Assembly: GCA_965215015.1 (NCBI GenBank)
Contig: OZ244042.1
Location: 864,001-928,000, forward strand
DNA length: 64,000 nucleotides
Origin: Candidatus Poribacteria bacterium
Lineage (GTDB): Bacteria; Poribacteria; WGA-4E; PCPOR2b
Reading direction: 5' to 3'
Every line of letters starts with the position of its first letter. The stretch's first letter is position 1. The notes beneath the pieces are model-generated. The model saw only the letters and a list, made by a program, of their open reading frames with translations, searched no databases and was not told where the DNA came from. This document shows, in pieces, positions 47,732 through 55,393 of this stretch. Made by a program: the position numbers and the translations under genes.

Positions 47732-48238
47732 TCACCTTGATAACAATTGGTATGGATCTATCCCCGCCGATTGATAATCGACAATCCGAATTCCTGATGG
47801 AGTTTCTCCATTATTGAGTTGATCCATAATCTTACTACTGTCATTTCCACCGCCTGTCAGAACATTGCTAGCATACCAATATATTGTGCCATCTGGCTCT
47901 TCGCTCTGTTCCCATTCGACATAGGCAACATCCGGGTAGAGCGGGTAGAATGCTCCATTTGTAATAACACCGCCGGTAAAATCGTGGTCGCCTTCACTCC
48001 ATAGCTTCACCATAGCCATACTTAATAGTTCCTGTGCTTCAAGACGATCCGGTGGTATCCCCGCCCGTTCTGCTTCAGAGCGTAACCAAATTGGTGTAAA
48101 TGGATAGTCAGCCGGCACTGGTGGATACTCGTTGGTTTCCTCCTCCGCATCTGCAAGGGGTTCGGGGGTAGACATAAAAGCATCTGTTGACAAAGCATCG
48201 AAGTCATCCGATCTGATGTTTATTCGGGCCATGGACAA
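47732..48238 (-). CDS. YPEVP.DYP family paralog 1, lacking a signal peptide (probably 5'-truncated)
   Basis: YPPVPADYP...KLWSEGDHDFTGG; overlaps the upstream ORF out of frame. Confidence 0.65.
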   Translation of the reverse strand: MSMARINIRSDDFDALSTDAFMSTPEPLADAEEETNEYPPVPADYPFTPIWLRSEAERAGIPPDRLEAQELLSMAMVKLWSEGDHDFTGGVITNGAFYPLYPDVAYVEWEQSEEPDGTIYWYASNVLTGGGNDSSKIMDQLNNGETPSGIRIVDYQSAGIDPYQLLSR

Positions 48239-48440
48239 CCTGTACAGTCATGCTATAAAAGCCATAGCATAGACTATCTGGTGCCTTAACATTTGCCTTA
48301 GCGTATCCCTTGCCTGTGGCTACCCATACTCTGACATCTACGGTCACATGGTGATGAGCATAGCTACTATACACAAAAATTAAGGTAGCACAGAGTAGCA
48401 GGCAAACCGCAATAATTGTTAGGATTACTTGATTTCGCAC
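48204..48440 (-). CDS. small secreted protein (variant E), possibly C-terminally truncated
   Basis: GAGGGT RBS, GTG start, signal peptide ending SYA, beta-strand-like mature part. Confidence 0.6.
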   Translation of the reverse strand: MRNQVILTIIAVCLLLCATLIFVYSSYAHHHVTVDVRVWVATGKGYAKANVKAPDSLCYGFYSMTVQVVHGPNKHQIG

Positions 48441-48470
48441 TTTTCACACCCTCTATTGAGAAATTAAAGG

Positions 48471-48582
48471 TAGGGCTTACGCAGTTGCCCTTTTCAAGCT
48501 TCGTAATTCAGCAATTCAGCGTCTATGTGAAGCGGGTTAAATTACGAATTGTGCTACTACGAACAGAAGGGCATAACCCCTA
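48471..48582. mobile_element. MITE-like element of the same TIR family
   Basis: tagggcttacgcagttg ... gggcataaccccta; internal ttcgtaatt...aattacgaa hairpin. Confidence 0.55.
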
Positions 48583-48799
48583 ATCCCAAGTTCATGCCAA
48601 ATCAAACAATAATGTCCCCAAATCAGTATTAATTTCTTAAAGGGAAGAGGCCAAAAAGCCCGTGCAGGGATTAGAACAGTTATATAGGGCAATAAATTGC
48701 CCGACTACAAACAGAAGGGCGTAACTCCTCATTTATTCTTAATTTTCAGTGGAATCTAACCCCATGCCTCTCATTTCTGACTTTTCCCGTCCTGTCACT

Positions 48800-48939
48800 T
48801 CGCAGCTTTTTGCGTTTAAATTTGCCTCAAAATCGGCTTAACAGCAACACATAATCGCTGAAAGCCTTGTGGACACTGCGTTCCAGCAGGTTCGCAGCTT
48901 TCTGCGACGCCAATCCCCCGATATCGCAGCTTTCTGCGA
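48800..48939. promoter_or_regulatory. three candidate UAS palindromes
   Basis: Sites at 48800 (one mismatch), 48892, 48924. Confidence 0.6.
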
Positions 48940-48940
48940 A

Positions 48941-49075
48941 CTTACGTGGATTGGCTGCTTTTGATACCATCGCGTCAAGGATTAAAATCCGCTCGTATTC
49001 CTTAACCAATCCGGTGAGTGTACTGGGCCCGGTATCGGATTTTCTAGCGGCGTCAATCTGGATATCAGTCTAGAT
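48941..49075 (-). pseudogene. orphan activator 3' fragment with internal deletion of the HTH
   Basis: LTGLVKEYERILILDA joined directly to the terminal codons. Confidence 0.85.
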
Positions 49076-49198
49076 AACAAGCGTCTGCTGATATGCTTGT
49101 GGGGATGAAATAGGGGAACAGATGTTGTAGGGTCCAACAATTGTTGAACCCTACAGGGCGGAGTTATCCCAGCCTTATAGGCGGGACACATCGCGTTC

Positions 49199-50188
49199 TT
49201 AAGGGCGCAATACGTCAGATTTAATATCGCCCCAGAACAGGGGAAGGAACCACCGGGGCGTAATAAACAAACGGGGATCCCACTCATGGGCGGCAGTATC
49301 CGATCTCGGATTGTCAGTCAACTGTATTAAGGTATGGTCTGCCAGACGGAAACGGTAGATATTCGACTGATTAGCCTTCCTACCAGTAAAGAGGATGGAC
49401 CTCCCATCAGCAGAGAAAGATACGGAATGCAAAGGCATCCGTGGCACCGGCACTCGATCCCACTTCTTCACCTTCCTGCGACCAATCGGATCCAGCGTGG
49501 CAATGACCGGAAAGGACTTGGCAACGCTTAAGTCAACTGCCTCCGCATACACAATCTGTTTCCCAGTGGGAGACCACCCACCCAAGAACATATGCGCGCC
49601 TTGTCGCGATTGGGACACCTGGAAACGACCCCTGCCATCGGCGTTGACGACAAAAATCTCCCGGCCAGTCCCTGCAAACCCTTCAAAGGCAATCCGTTTC
49701 CCATCCGACGACCACTTCGGTCTTGAGGCAAACCCCAGGTCTGTGATTTGCTTGATGTTGCTCCCATCGGCATCCATCACGAAAATGTTGATATCCTTAT
49801 TTTTACCACCGTTGCGACCGCTATCAAACGCAATCTGTGAACCGTCAGGCGACCAGGAAGGATAACCATCAGTGATGGGGTGGTGGGTTAGTCGCCGTGG
49901 ATTGCCTCCATCGGCATCCATCACATAAATCTCTGAGTTCCTCTCTTTACCCCTATGCAGGTTCTTATCATCAGCCCGGTAACTATGGAACGCAATCTGT
50001 CGGCCGTTGGGAGACCAGGAGGGGGCAATATCATGCGCCTCATTGAACGTCAACCGCGTCAGATCGCTACCGTCAGAGTCCATCTTGTAGATTTCCAGGT
50101 TTCCAGCCCGACTGGAATGAAACACAATTTTGCCCCAAAGGGGGCTCGTGGCAAGCCAGAGGCAAGCCACGAGAATTGACATACGCAT
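49199..50188 (-). CDS. TolB-like PD40 beta-propeller, secreted (subtype B, copy 2)
   Basis: Signal peptide, WSPNG/WSPDG repeats. Confidence 0.9.
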   Translation of the reverse strand: MRMSILVACLWLATSPLWGKIVFHSSRAGNLEIYKMDSDGSDLTRLTFNEAHDIAPSWSPNGRQIAFHSYRADDKNLHRGKERNSEIYVMDADGGNPRRLTHHPITDGYPSWSPDGSQIAFDSGRNGGKNKDINIFVMDADGSNIKQITDLGFASRPKWSSDGKRIAFEGFAGTGREIFVVNADGRGRFQVSQSRQGAHMFLGGWSPTGKQIVYAEAVDLSVAKSFPVIATLDPIGRRKVKKWDRVPVPRMPLHSVSFSADGRSILFTGRKANQSNIYRFRLADHTLIQLTDNPRSDTAAHEWDPRLFITPRWFLPLFWGDIKSDVLRP

Positions 50189-50256
50189 AGCGATTTACCG
50201 GTTGCCCTCTTTCTTAAAGGTTAAGGAATGGGAGAGACTGGATAGACTCCAATCCC

Positions 50257-51219
50257 TCAGTGATGGTGCGAGTTAGACTTAATCTCCCCCCAATGCTTTG
50301 GAACCAGTCCCTGCGGTGCAACTGGCAGCCGAGGATTCCATTCGTGTGCTCCGAAATCGGTGGCAAGGCTATCTGTCAACTGTATCAGTTGACGATCAGC
50401 CAACCGAAAACGGTAAATATTCCAAATGCCAATCTTCGCTGCTATGAGGATAGATTTTCCGTCTGCACCCCACCCCAAACCTCGCACAACCAATAGGGGA
50501 TTGGGAGGTAGTCTTACCGTCTCAAACTCAATCACTTTACGTTTTGACCGATGAAGTGTAGCGATGACCATAGAATACTGATGAGCAACCCCATGGGCAA
50601 GCGGCGCCGTGATGACCGTATAGAGAATCTTTTTCCCATCCGGAGACCAGCCACCCAGACGCATTGTTGAACGGGGGACCGGTCTTGATACTAGCCCTCG
50701 ATTAGTGCCATTGACATTAACCACATAAATCTCCCCACCCTCCTGGTCAATGCTCGCTTCAAAAGCAATCCATTTCCCGTCAGGTGACCATTCCAGGTCG
50801 CCGATAAAGTCTGCCTCTATTACCAACCGGAGGTTATTGCCATCGAGGTCTATTGTATAAATACGACCGATATCTTCACCACGCAAAAACGCAATCTGTT
50901 TCCCGTCGGGGTGCCATTGAGGGCGTACATCAAAAGCAGGATGACGGGTTAGGTTACGTGGGTTACTTCCATCGGCGTCCATCAGATATACCTCAGCGTT
51001 CCCATCACGATAACTATGGAACGCAATTTGTTGACCGTTGGGAGCCCAGGTAGGCCACCTATCAGCGGCTTCATTGAATGTGAGCCGTATTGGGTTACTG
51101 CCATCGGAGTCCATCCTGTAGATTTCGAGATTTTCATCCCGTTTGGAATAAAACACGATTTTACCCTGAAGGGGACTCGTGGCAAGCCAGAGGCAAGCCA
51201 CGAGAATTGACATACGCAT
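50257..51219 (-). CDS. TolB-like PD40 beta-propeller, secreted (subtype C, copy 1)
   Basis: Signal peptide, PD40 repeats; stops earlier than copies 2 and 3. Confidence 0.9.
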   Translation of the reverse strand: MRMSILVACLWLATSPLQGKIVFYSKRDENLEIYRMDSDGSNPIRLTFNEAADRWPTWAPNGQQIAFHSYRDGNAEVYLMDADGSNPRNLTRHPAFDVRPQWHPDGKQIAFLRGEDIGRIYTIDLDGNNLRLVIEADFIGDLEWSPDGKWIAFEASIDQEGGEIYVVNVNGTNRGLVSRPVPRSTMRLGGWSPDGKKILYTVITAPLAHGVAHQYSMVIATLHRSKRKVIEFETVRLPPNPLLVVRGLGWGADGKSILIAAKIGIWNIYRFRLADRQLIQLTDSLATDFGAHEWNPRLPVAPQGLVPKHWGEIKSNSHHH

Positions 51220-51229
51220 AACGACACCT

Positions 51230-51417
51230 CTACTCTTCTGGGACTTCAACGTTACTCACATATCTAGCAGTTGTCCAACTCGCTGTTTTATAAACCCGTT
51301 ACCATTCTCAAACTTAATTTGGGTAGTGCTCTCAACCTTATATGTGCCGGGGCGTATCCCTCCAGGGGTATGGGTGTTCAAATACCCCTGAACGAAATAT
51401 ATATCACCCGCACGTAT
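51230..51417 (-). pseudogene. 3' remnant of a third variant-A secreted protein gene
   Basis: IRAGDIYFVQGYLNTHTPGGIRPGTYKVESTTQIKFENG; 2-nt insertion near 51290; 5' part and promoter deleted. Confidence 0.85.
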
Positions 51418-51524
51418 TACGGAAGGGCATAACTCCTCATTTATTCTTAATTTGAGTAAAATCTAACCCCATTCCTCTCATTTCTTACTTTTCCTGTCCT
51501 GTAAGTTCGCAGCTTTCTGTGAAC

Positions 51525-51735
51525 TTACGTGGATCGGCTGCTCTTGATACTGTATTTATCCATTTTATATCTCAACGTGGGCTCAGGAACCCCGAGATGG
51601 TATGCCGCAGCCTTTTGGTCTCCAGTGCTTTCAAGCGCGTCAAAGATTAAAATCCGCTCGTATTCCTTAAGCAATCCGGTGAGCCCTTTGTTTTCAGGAT
51701 CGAATTTGCCAGGGGTGCCTGGATATCAGTCCAGA
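51525..51735 (-). pseudogene. orphan activator 3' fragment followed by a single UAS-like palindrome (51507-51522)
   Basis: GKFDPENKGLTGLLKEYERILILDALESTGDQKAAAYHLGVPEPTLRYKMDKYSIKSSRST*. Confidence 0.9.
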
Positions 51736-51844
51736 TAACAATCTTCTGCTGATATGCTTGTGGGGATGAAATAGGGGAGCAGATGTTGTAGGGTTCAACG
51801 ATTGTTGAACCCTACGGGCAGAGTTATCCCAGCCTTTCGCGTCC

Positions 51845-52837
51845 TTAAGGGCCCAATACGTCAGATTTAATATCGCCCCAGAACAGGGGAAGGAACCACC
51901 GGGGCGTAATAAACAAACGGGGATCCCATTCATGGGCGGCAATATCCGATCCCGGATTATCGGTCAACTGTATTAAGGTATGGTCTGCCAGACGGAAACG
52001 GTAGATATTCGACTGATTAGCCTTCCTACCAGTAAAGAGGATGGACCTCCCATCGACAGAGAAAGATTCAGAATATATCTGCAGCATCCGTGGCACCGGC
52101 ACTCGGTCCCACTTCTTCACCTTCCTTCGTCCTGCTAGATTCAGCGTGGCAATGACAGGAAAGGACTTGGCAATGCTTGAGCCAACCGCGTCCGCATACA
52201 CAATCTGTTTCCCATTGGGAGACCACCCACCCAAGAACATATGCGCGCCTCGTCGCGATTGGGACACCTGGAAACGCCCCCTCCCATCGGCGTTGACGAC
52301 AAGAATCTCCCGGTTAGCCCCTATAAACCCTTCAAAGGCAATCCGTTTCCCATCCGGCGACCACTTCGGTCTTGAGGCAAATCCCATGTTTGTGATTTGC
52401 TTGACGTTGCTCCCATCAGCATCCATCACGAAAATGTTGATATCCTTATTTTTACCACCGTTGCGATCGCTACTAAACGCAATCTGATTTCCGTCGGGAT
52501 GCCAATCTGCATAGTTATCGAGTCCGGGGTGGTGGGTCAGTCGCCGTGGATTGCCTCCATCGGCATCCATCACATAAATCTCTGAGTTCCTCTCTTTACC
52601 CCTATGCAGGTTCTTATCATCAGCCCGGTAACTATGGAACGCAATCTGTCGGCCGTTGGGAGACCAGGAGGGGGCAATATCATGCGCCTCATTGAACGTC
52701 AACCGCGTCAGATCGCTACCGTCAGAGTCCATCTTGTAGATTTCCAGGTTTCCAACCCGATTGGAATAAAATACAATTTTGCCCCAAAGGGGGCTCGTGG
52801 CAAGCCAAAGGCAAGCCACGAGAATTGACATACGCAT
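51845..52837 (-). CDS. TolB-like PD40 beta-propeller, secreted (subtype B, copy 1)
   Basis: GGAGGT RBS, signal peptide, PD40 repeats. Confidence 0.9.
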   Translation of the reverse strand: MRMSILVACLWLATSPLWGKIVFYSNRVGNLEIYKMDSDGSDLTRLTFNEAHDIAPSWSPNGRQIAFHSYRADDKNLHRGKERNSEIYVMDADGGNPRRLTHHPGLDNYADWHPDGNQIAFSSDRNGGKNKDINIFVMDADGSNVKQITNMGFASRPKWSPDGKRIAFEGFIGANREILVVNADGRGRFQVSQSRRGAHMFLGGWSPNGKQIVYADAVGSSIAKSFPVIATLNLAGRRKVKKWDRVPVPRMLQIYSESFSVDGRSILFTGRKANQSNIYRFRLADHTLIQLTDNPGSDIAAHEWDPRLFITPRWFLPLFWGDIKSDVLGP

Positions 52838-52850
52838 AGCGACACCTCCA

Positions 52851-53357
52851 CTATTCTGGGACTTCAACGTTGCTCACATATCTAGCAGTTGTCCAACTCG
52901 CTGTTTTAAACCCGTTACCATTCTCAAACTTAATTTGAGTGGTGCTCTCAACCTCATATGTGCCGGGGCGTATCCCCCCAGGGGTATGGGTGTTTAAATA
53001 CCCCTGAACGAAATATGTATCACCCGCGCGTATTTTCGGTCGTCGATCCGAGTCGTTCTGCTCCTCGATTAAAATCTGGTCTGTGAGAACGATGTTCCCG
53101 TATGTGAATTTATGTGTCCACTTATAGGTAAGTTTCACCCACGTGTTGGAGTTGTTTTCTATATCCATGTAATGGTGGCTATAGGTGTCCGTGTCATTCC
53201 ACCAATGAGCCCCGGCACCAATTTCATAGTCTACACTCTTCCAGGTGCCCTCGACTATATCTGTCACAAGATGATTTGCATAACCTGCGACCACGCCAAT
53301 CAATAGAGCTGCTAGAGCGGTGAGAACTGTTGCCTTGAAACGACGTGAACTTAACAT
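52851..53357 (-). CDS. small secreted beta-rich protein (variant A1)
   Basis: AAGGAG RBS, signal peptide ending GYA. Confidence 0.82.
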   Translation of the reverse strand: MLSSRRFKATVLTALAALLIGVVAGYANHLVTDIVEGTWKSVDYEIGAGAHWWNDTDTYSHHYMDIENNSNTWVKLTYKWTHKFTYGNIVLTDQILIEEQNDSDRRPKIRAGDTYFVQGYLNTHTPGGIRPGTYEVESTTQIKFENGNGFKTASWTTARYVSNVEVPE

Positions 53358-53508
53358 GATGAAATCTCCTTTGATTGGTGAGGAATGCTTTGGCATTCCG
53401 TTGGGTGAGAACTATCAACTTTGAGTTGATTCACATATCCGATGGATATGTGGTTCTCTTTTTCACCAAGTGTTGACAGTGTTGATGACTTGGCTTCACG
53501 CTATTTAG

Positions 53509-53525
53509 AGCAAGACCTATGCCAA
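53509..53525 (-). promoter_or_regulatory. sigma-54 -24/-12 promoter
   Basis: TTGGCATAGGTCTTGCT. Confidence 0.82.
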
Positions 53526-53554
53526 CATTGTGAATGCGGTCAACTCTTCAGACT

Positions 53555-53713
53555 CGAACGTACGGAATTGAACACTCAAAATCTCATAGTTCAGTGATTC
53601 ATCACCGCACCATACAACTCACGACGTCCGATGAATCGGGCGATTACAGTCAGACAGCCGGTTTGTCATAGGGCAATAAATTGCCCGACTACAAACAGAA
53701 GGGCGTAACTTCT
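53555..53713. mobile_element. degenerate MITE-like element between UAS and promoter (also at ~43506-43650 and ~45906-46048)
   Basis: Left end gaacgtacggaattg, right end gggcgtaacttct, internal ccgatgaatcgg and gggcaataaattgccc hairpins. Confidence 0.5.
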
Positions 53714-53783
53714 CATTTATTCTTAATTTTCAGTGGAATCTAACCCCATCCCTCTCATTTCTGACTTTTCCCGTCCTGTCACT

Positions 53784-53923
53784 TCGCAGCTTTCTGCGTT
53801 TAAATTTGCCTCAAAATCGGCTAAAAGGCAACACATAATCGCTGGAAGCCTTGTGGCCACTGCGTTCCAGCAGGTTCGCAGCTTTCTGCGACGCCAATCC
53901 CCCGATATCGCAGCTTTCTGCGA
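53784..53923. promoter_or_regulatory. three candidate UAS palindromes directly after the activator stop
   Basis: TCGCAGCTTTCTGCG(A/T) at 53784, 53876, 53908. Confidence 0.68.
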
Positions 53924-53925
53924 AC

Positions 53926-55320
53926 TTACGTGGATCGACTTCTCTTGATACCGTATTTATCCATTTTATATCTCAACGTGGGCTCTGGAATACCGAGATG
54001 GTCTGCCGCAGCCTTCTGGTCTCCAGCACTTTCAAGCGCGTCAATGATTAAAATCCGCTCGTATTCCGTAACCAATCCGGTGAGCCCTTTGTTTTCAGGA
54101 TCGAATTTGCCAGCGACCTCAATCTGGAGGTCAGTGGTAGAAATCCAATCACTTCTGGCTAACACCACTGCCTGCTCGATACGATTTTCCAGTTCACGGA
54201 CGTTCCCCGGCCATGAGTATCTCATTAAGAACGTCATTGCTGCCTCCTGAAAGCCTCTGATTTGTTTGCCATCGGTTAGATGCGATTTTTGAGTGAGAAA
54301 GTGAGTGGCAAGTAGTGGTATATCGGATTTGCGCTCGCGTAACGGAGGAACGTGTAATGGAAAAACGTTGAGTCGATAGTAGAGATCCTCTCGAAATGTA
54401 CCCTCCTGGACTGCCTGCTCCAGATTTTTATTTGTCGCTGCAATCACTCGGACGTCCACTTCAATGGTCTGCTTCCCGCCGAGCCGTTCAAGCTGTCTTT
54501 CCTGCAAGACGCGCAGGAACTTTACTTGAGATTCCGCATCGAGTTCAGCAATTTCATCGAGGAAGATGGTGCCGCGGTTCGCACTCTCAAATTTTCCTTG
54601 CTTTCGCTCTGTTGCGCCGGTGAATGCTCCCCGCTCATGTCCAAAGAGTTCGCTGCCGAGAAGGGCATTCTCTGTTTGCCCGCAGGCAACCGTAACAAAG
54701 GGCTGACTGACTCTGGGACTGTGATGGTGAATGGCTTGGGCGATAAGTTCTTTTCCTGTTCCGCTTTCGCCTTGGACGAGAACGGTTGTGTCCGTCGAAG
54801 CGAGGCGGTCTATCTGCTCAAACAGGCGGCGCATGCGCTCGGAATCTCCAACGATGATTTTGTCGGGACCATAGCGATACCCTTTGATACGGTCAATTTC
54901 GGATTGTTGCAGGTCTGCAATTCGGCGTTCCAACAGCAACCTCTCATAAGCCTGATTGACCCGAAAGGGGAGTTCGCTGTAGCCTTGCGTTCTCTTTTCA
55001 ATGAAATCATAGGCACCCAACTTGTGGGCTCTCATGGCGTTTTCTATGCTCCCCTCGACGGTAACGATAATCACTTTGATGGCAGGGTTATACGCCGTAA
55101 TCTCCTTTAGAAACGTAAGCCCTTCTTCACTATCTTGGCGTTGCAATCTCAAATCGAGAATGACTATGTCCGGTTGGAACGCTTGCAGTTGATGAGAAGC
55201 AGTTGAGGTATCCGTTGCTGTCTCAATCCGATATCGTAGTGGAAGCAACTTCGCGCTATACACCTTTGTGTAGATTTCTTCGTCCTCGACGATAAGGATT
55301 TTTCCCGGTTTATCTGACAT
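53926..55320 (-). CDS. NtrC/AtoC-family sigma-54-dependent response regulator
   Basis: Receiver domain (VEDE, LDLRL), GESGTGKE, GAFTGA, FLDEI, WPGNVREL, Fis-type HTH. Confidence 0.96.
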   Translation of the reverse strand: MSDKPGKILIVEDEEIYTKVYSAKLLPLRYRIETATDTSTASHQLQAFQPDIVILDLRLQRQDSEEGLTFLKEITAYNPAIKVIIVTVEGSIENAMRAHKLGAYDFIEKRTQGYSELPFRVNQAYERLLLERRIADLQQSEIDRIKGYRYGPDKIIVGDSERMRRLFEQIDRLASTDTTVLVQGESGTGKELIAQAIHHHSPRVSQPFVTVACGQTENALLGSELFGHERGAFTGATERKQGKFESANRGTIFLDEIAELDAESQVKFLRVLQERQLERLGGKQTIEVDVRVIAATNKNLEQAVQEGTFREDLYYRLNVFPLHVPPLRERKSDIPLLATHFLTQKSHLTDGKQIRGFQEAAMTFLMRYSWPGNVRELENRIEQAVVLARSDWISTTDLQIEVAGKFDPENKGLTGLVTEYERILIIDALESAGDQKAAADHLGIPEPTLRYKMDKYGIKRSRST

Positions 55321-55367
55321 GATTTCGCCTCCAGTAGTTTTGGGTAGGTCTTGTACCTGACCAAAAC

Positions 55368-55393
55368 AGGGTAACCACAAGGGTTACCCTTAC
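55368..55393. repeat. REP-like hairpin overlapping the kinase stop codon
   Basis: agggtaacc-acaag-ggttaccct-tac. Confidence 0.55.

Noticed and set aside
40774-52837. True tolB of the Tol-Pal system
   Set aside because: No TolB N-terminal domain, no tolQRA/pal nearby, and six paralogs.
40774-53400. Diversity-generating retroelement explaining the near-identical repeats
   Set aside because: No reverse transcriptase in the window, and the differences I compared between copies are not adenine-specific.
43723-53923. CRISPR array from the repeated palindromes
   Set aside because: Repeats are 16 bp, irregularly spaced, the intervening sequences are the same in each cassette, and there are no cas genes.
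40679-53925. Integron cassette array
   Set aside because: No integrase or attC-like sites seen, and the cassettes carry their own promoters.
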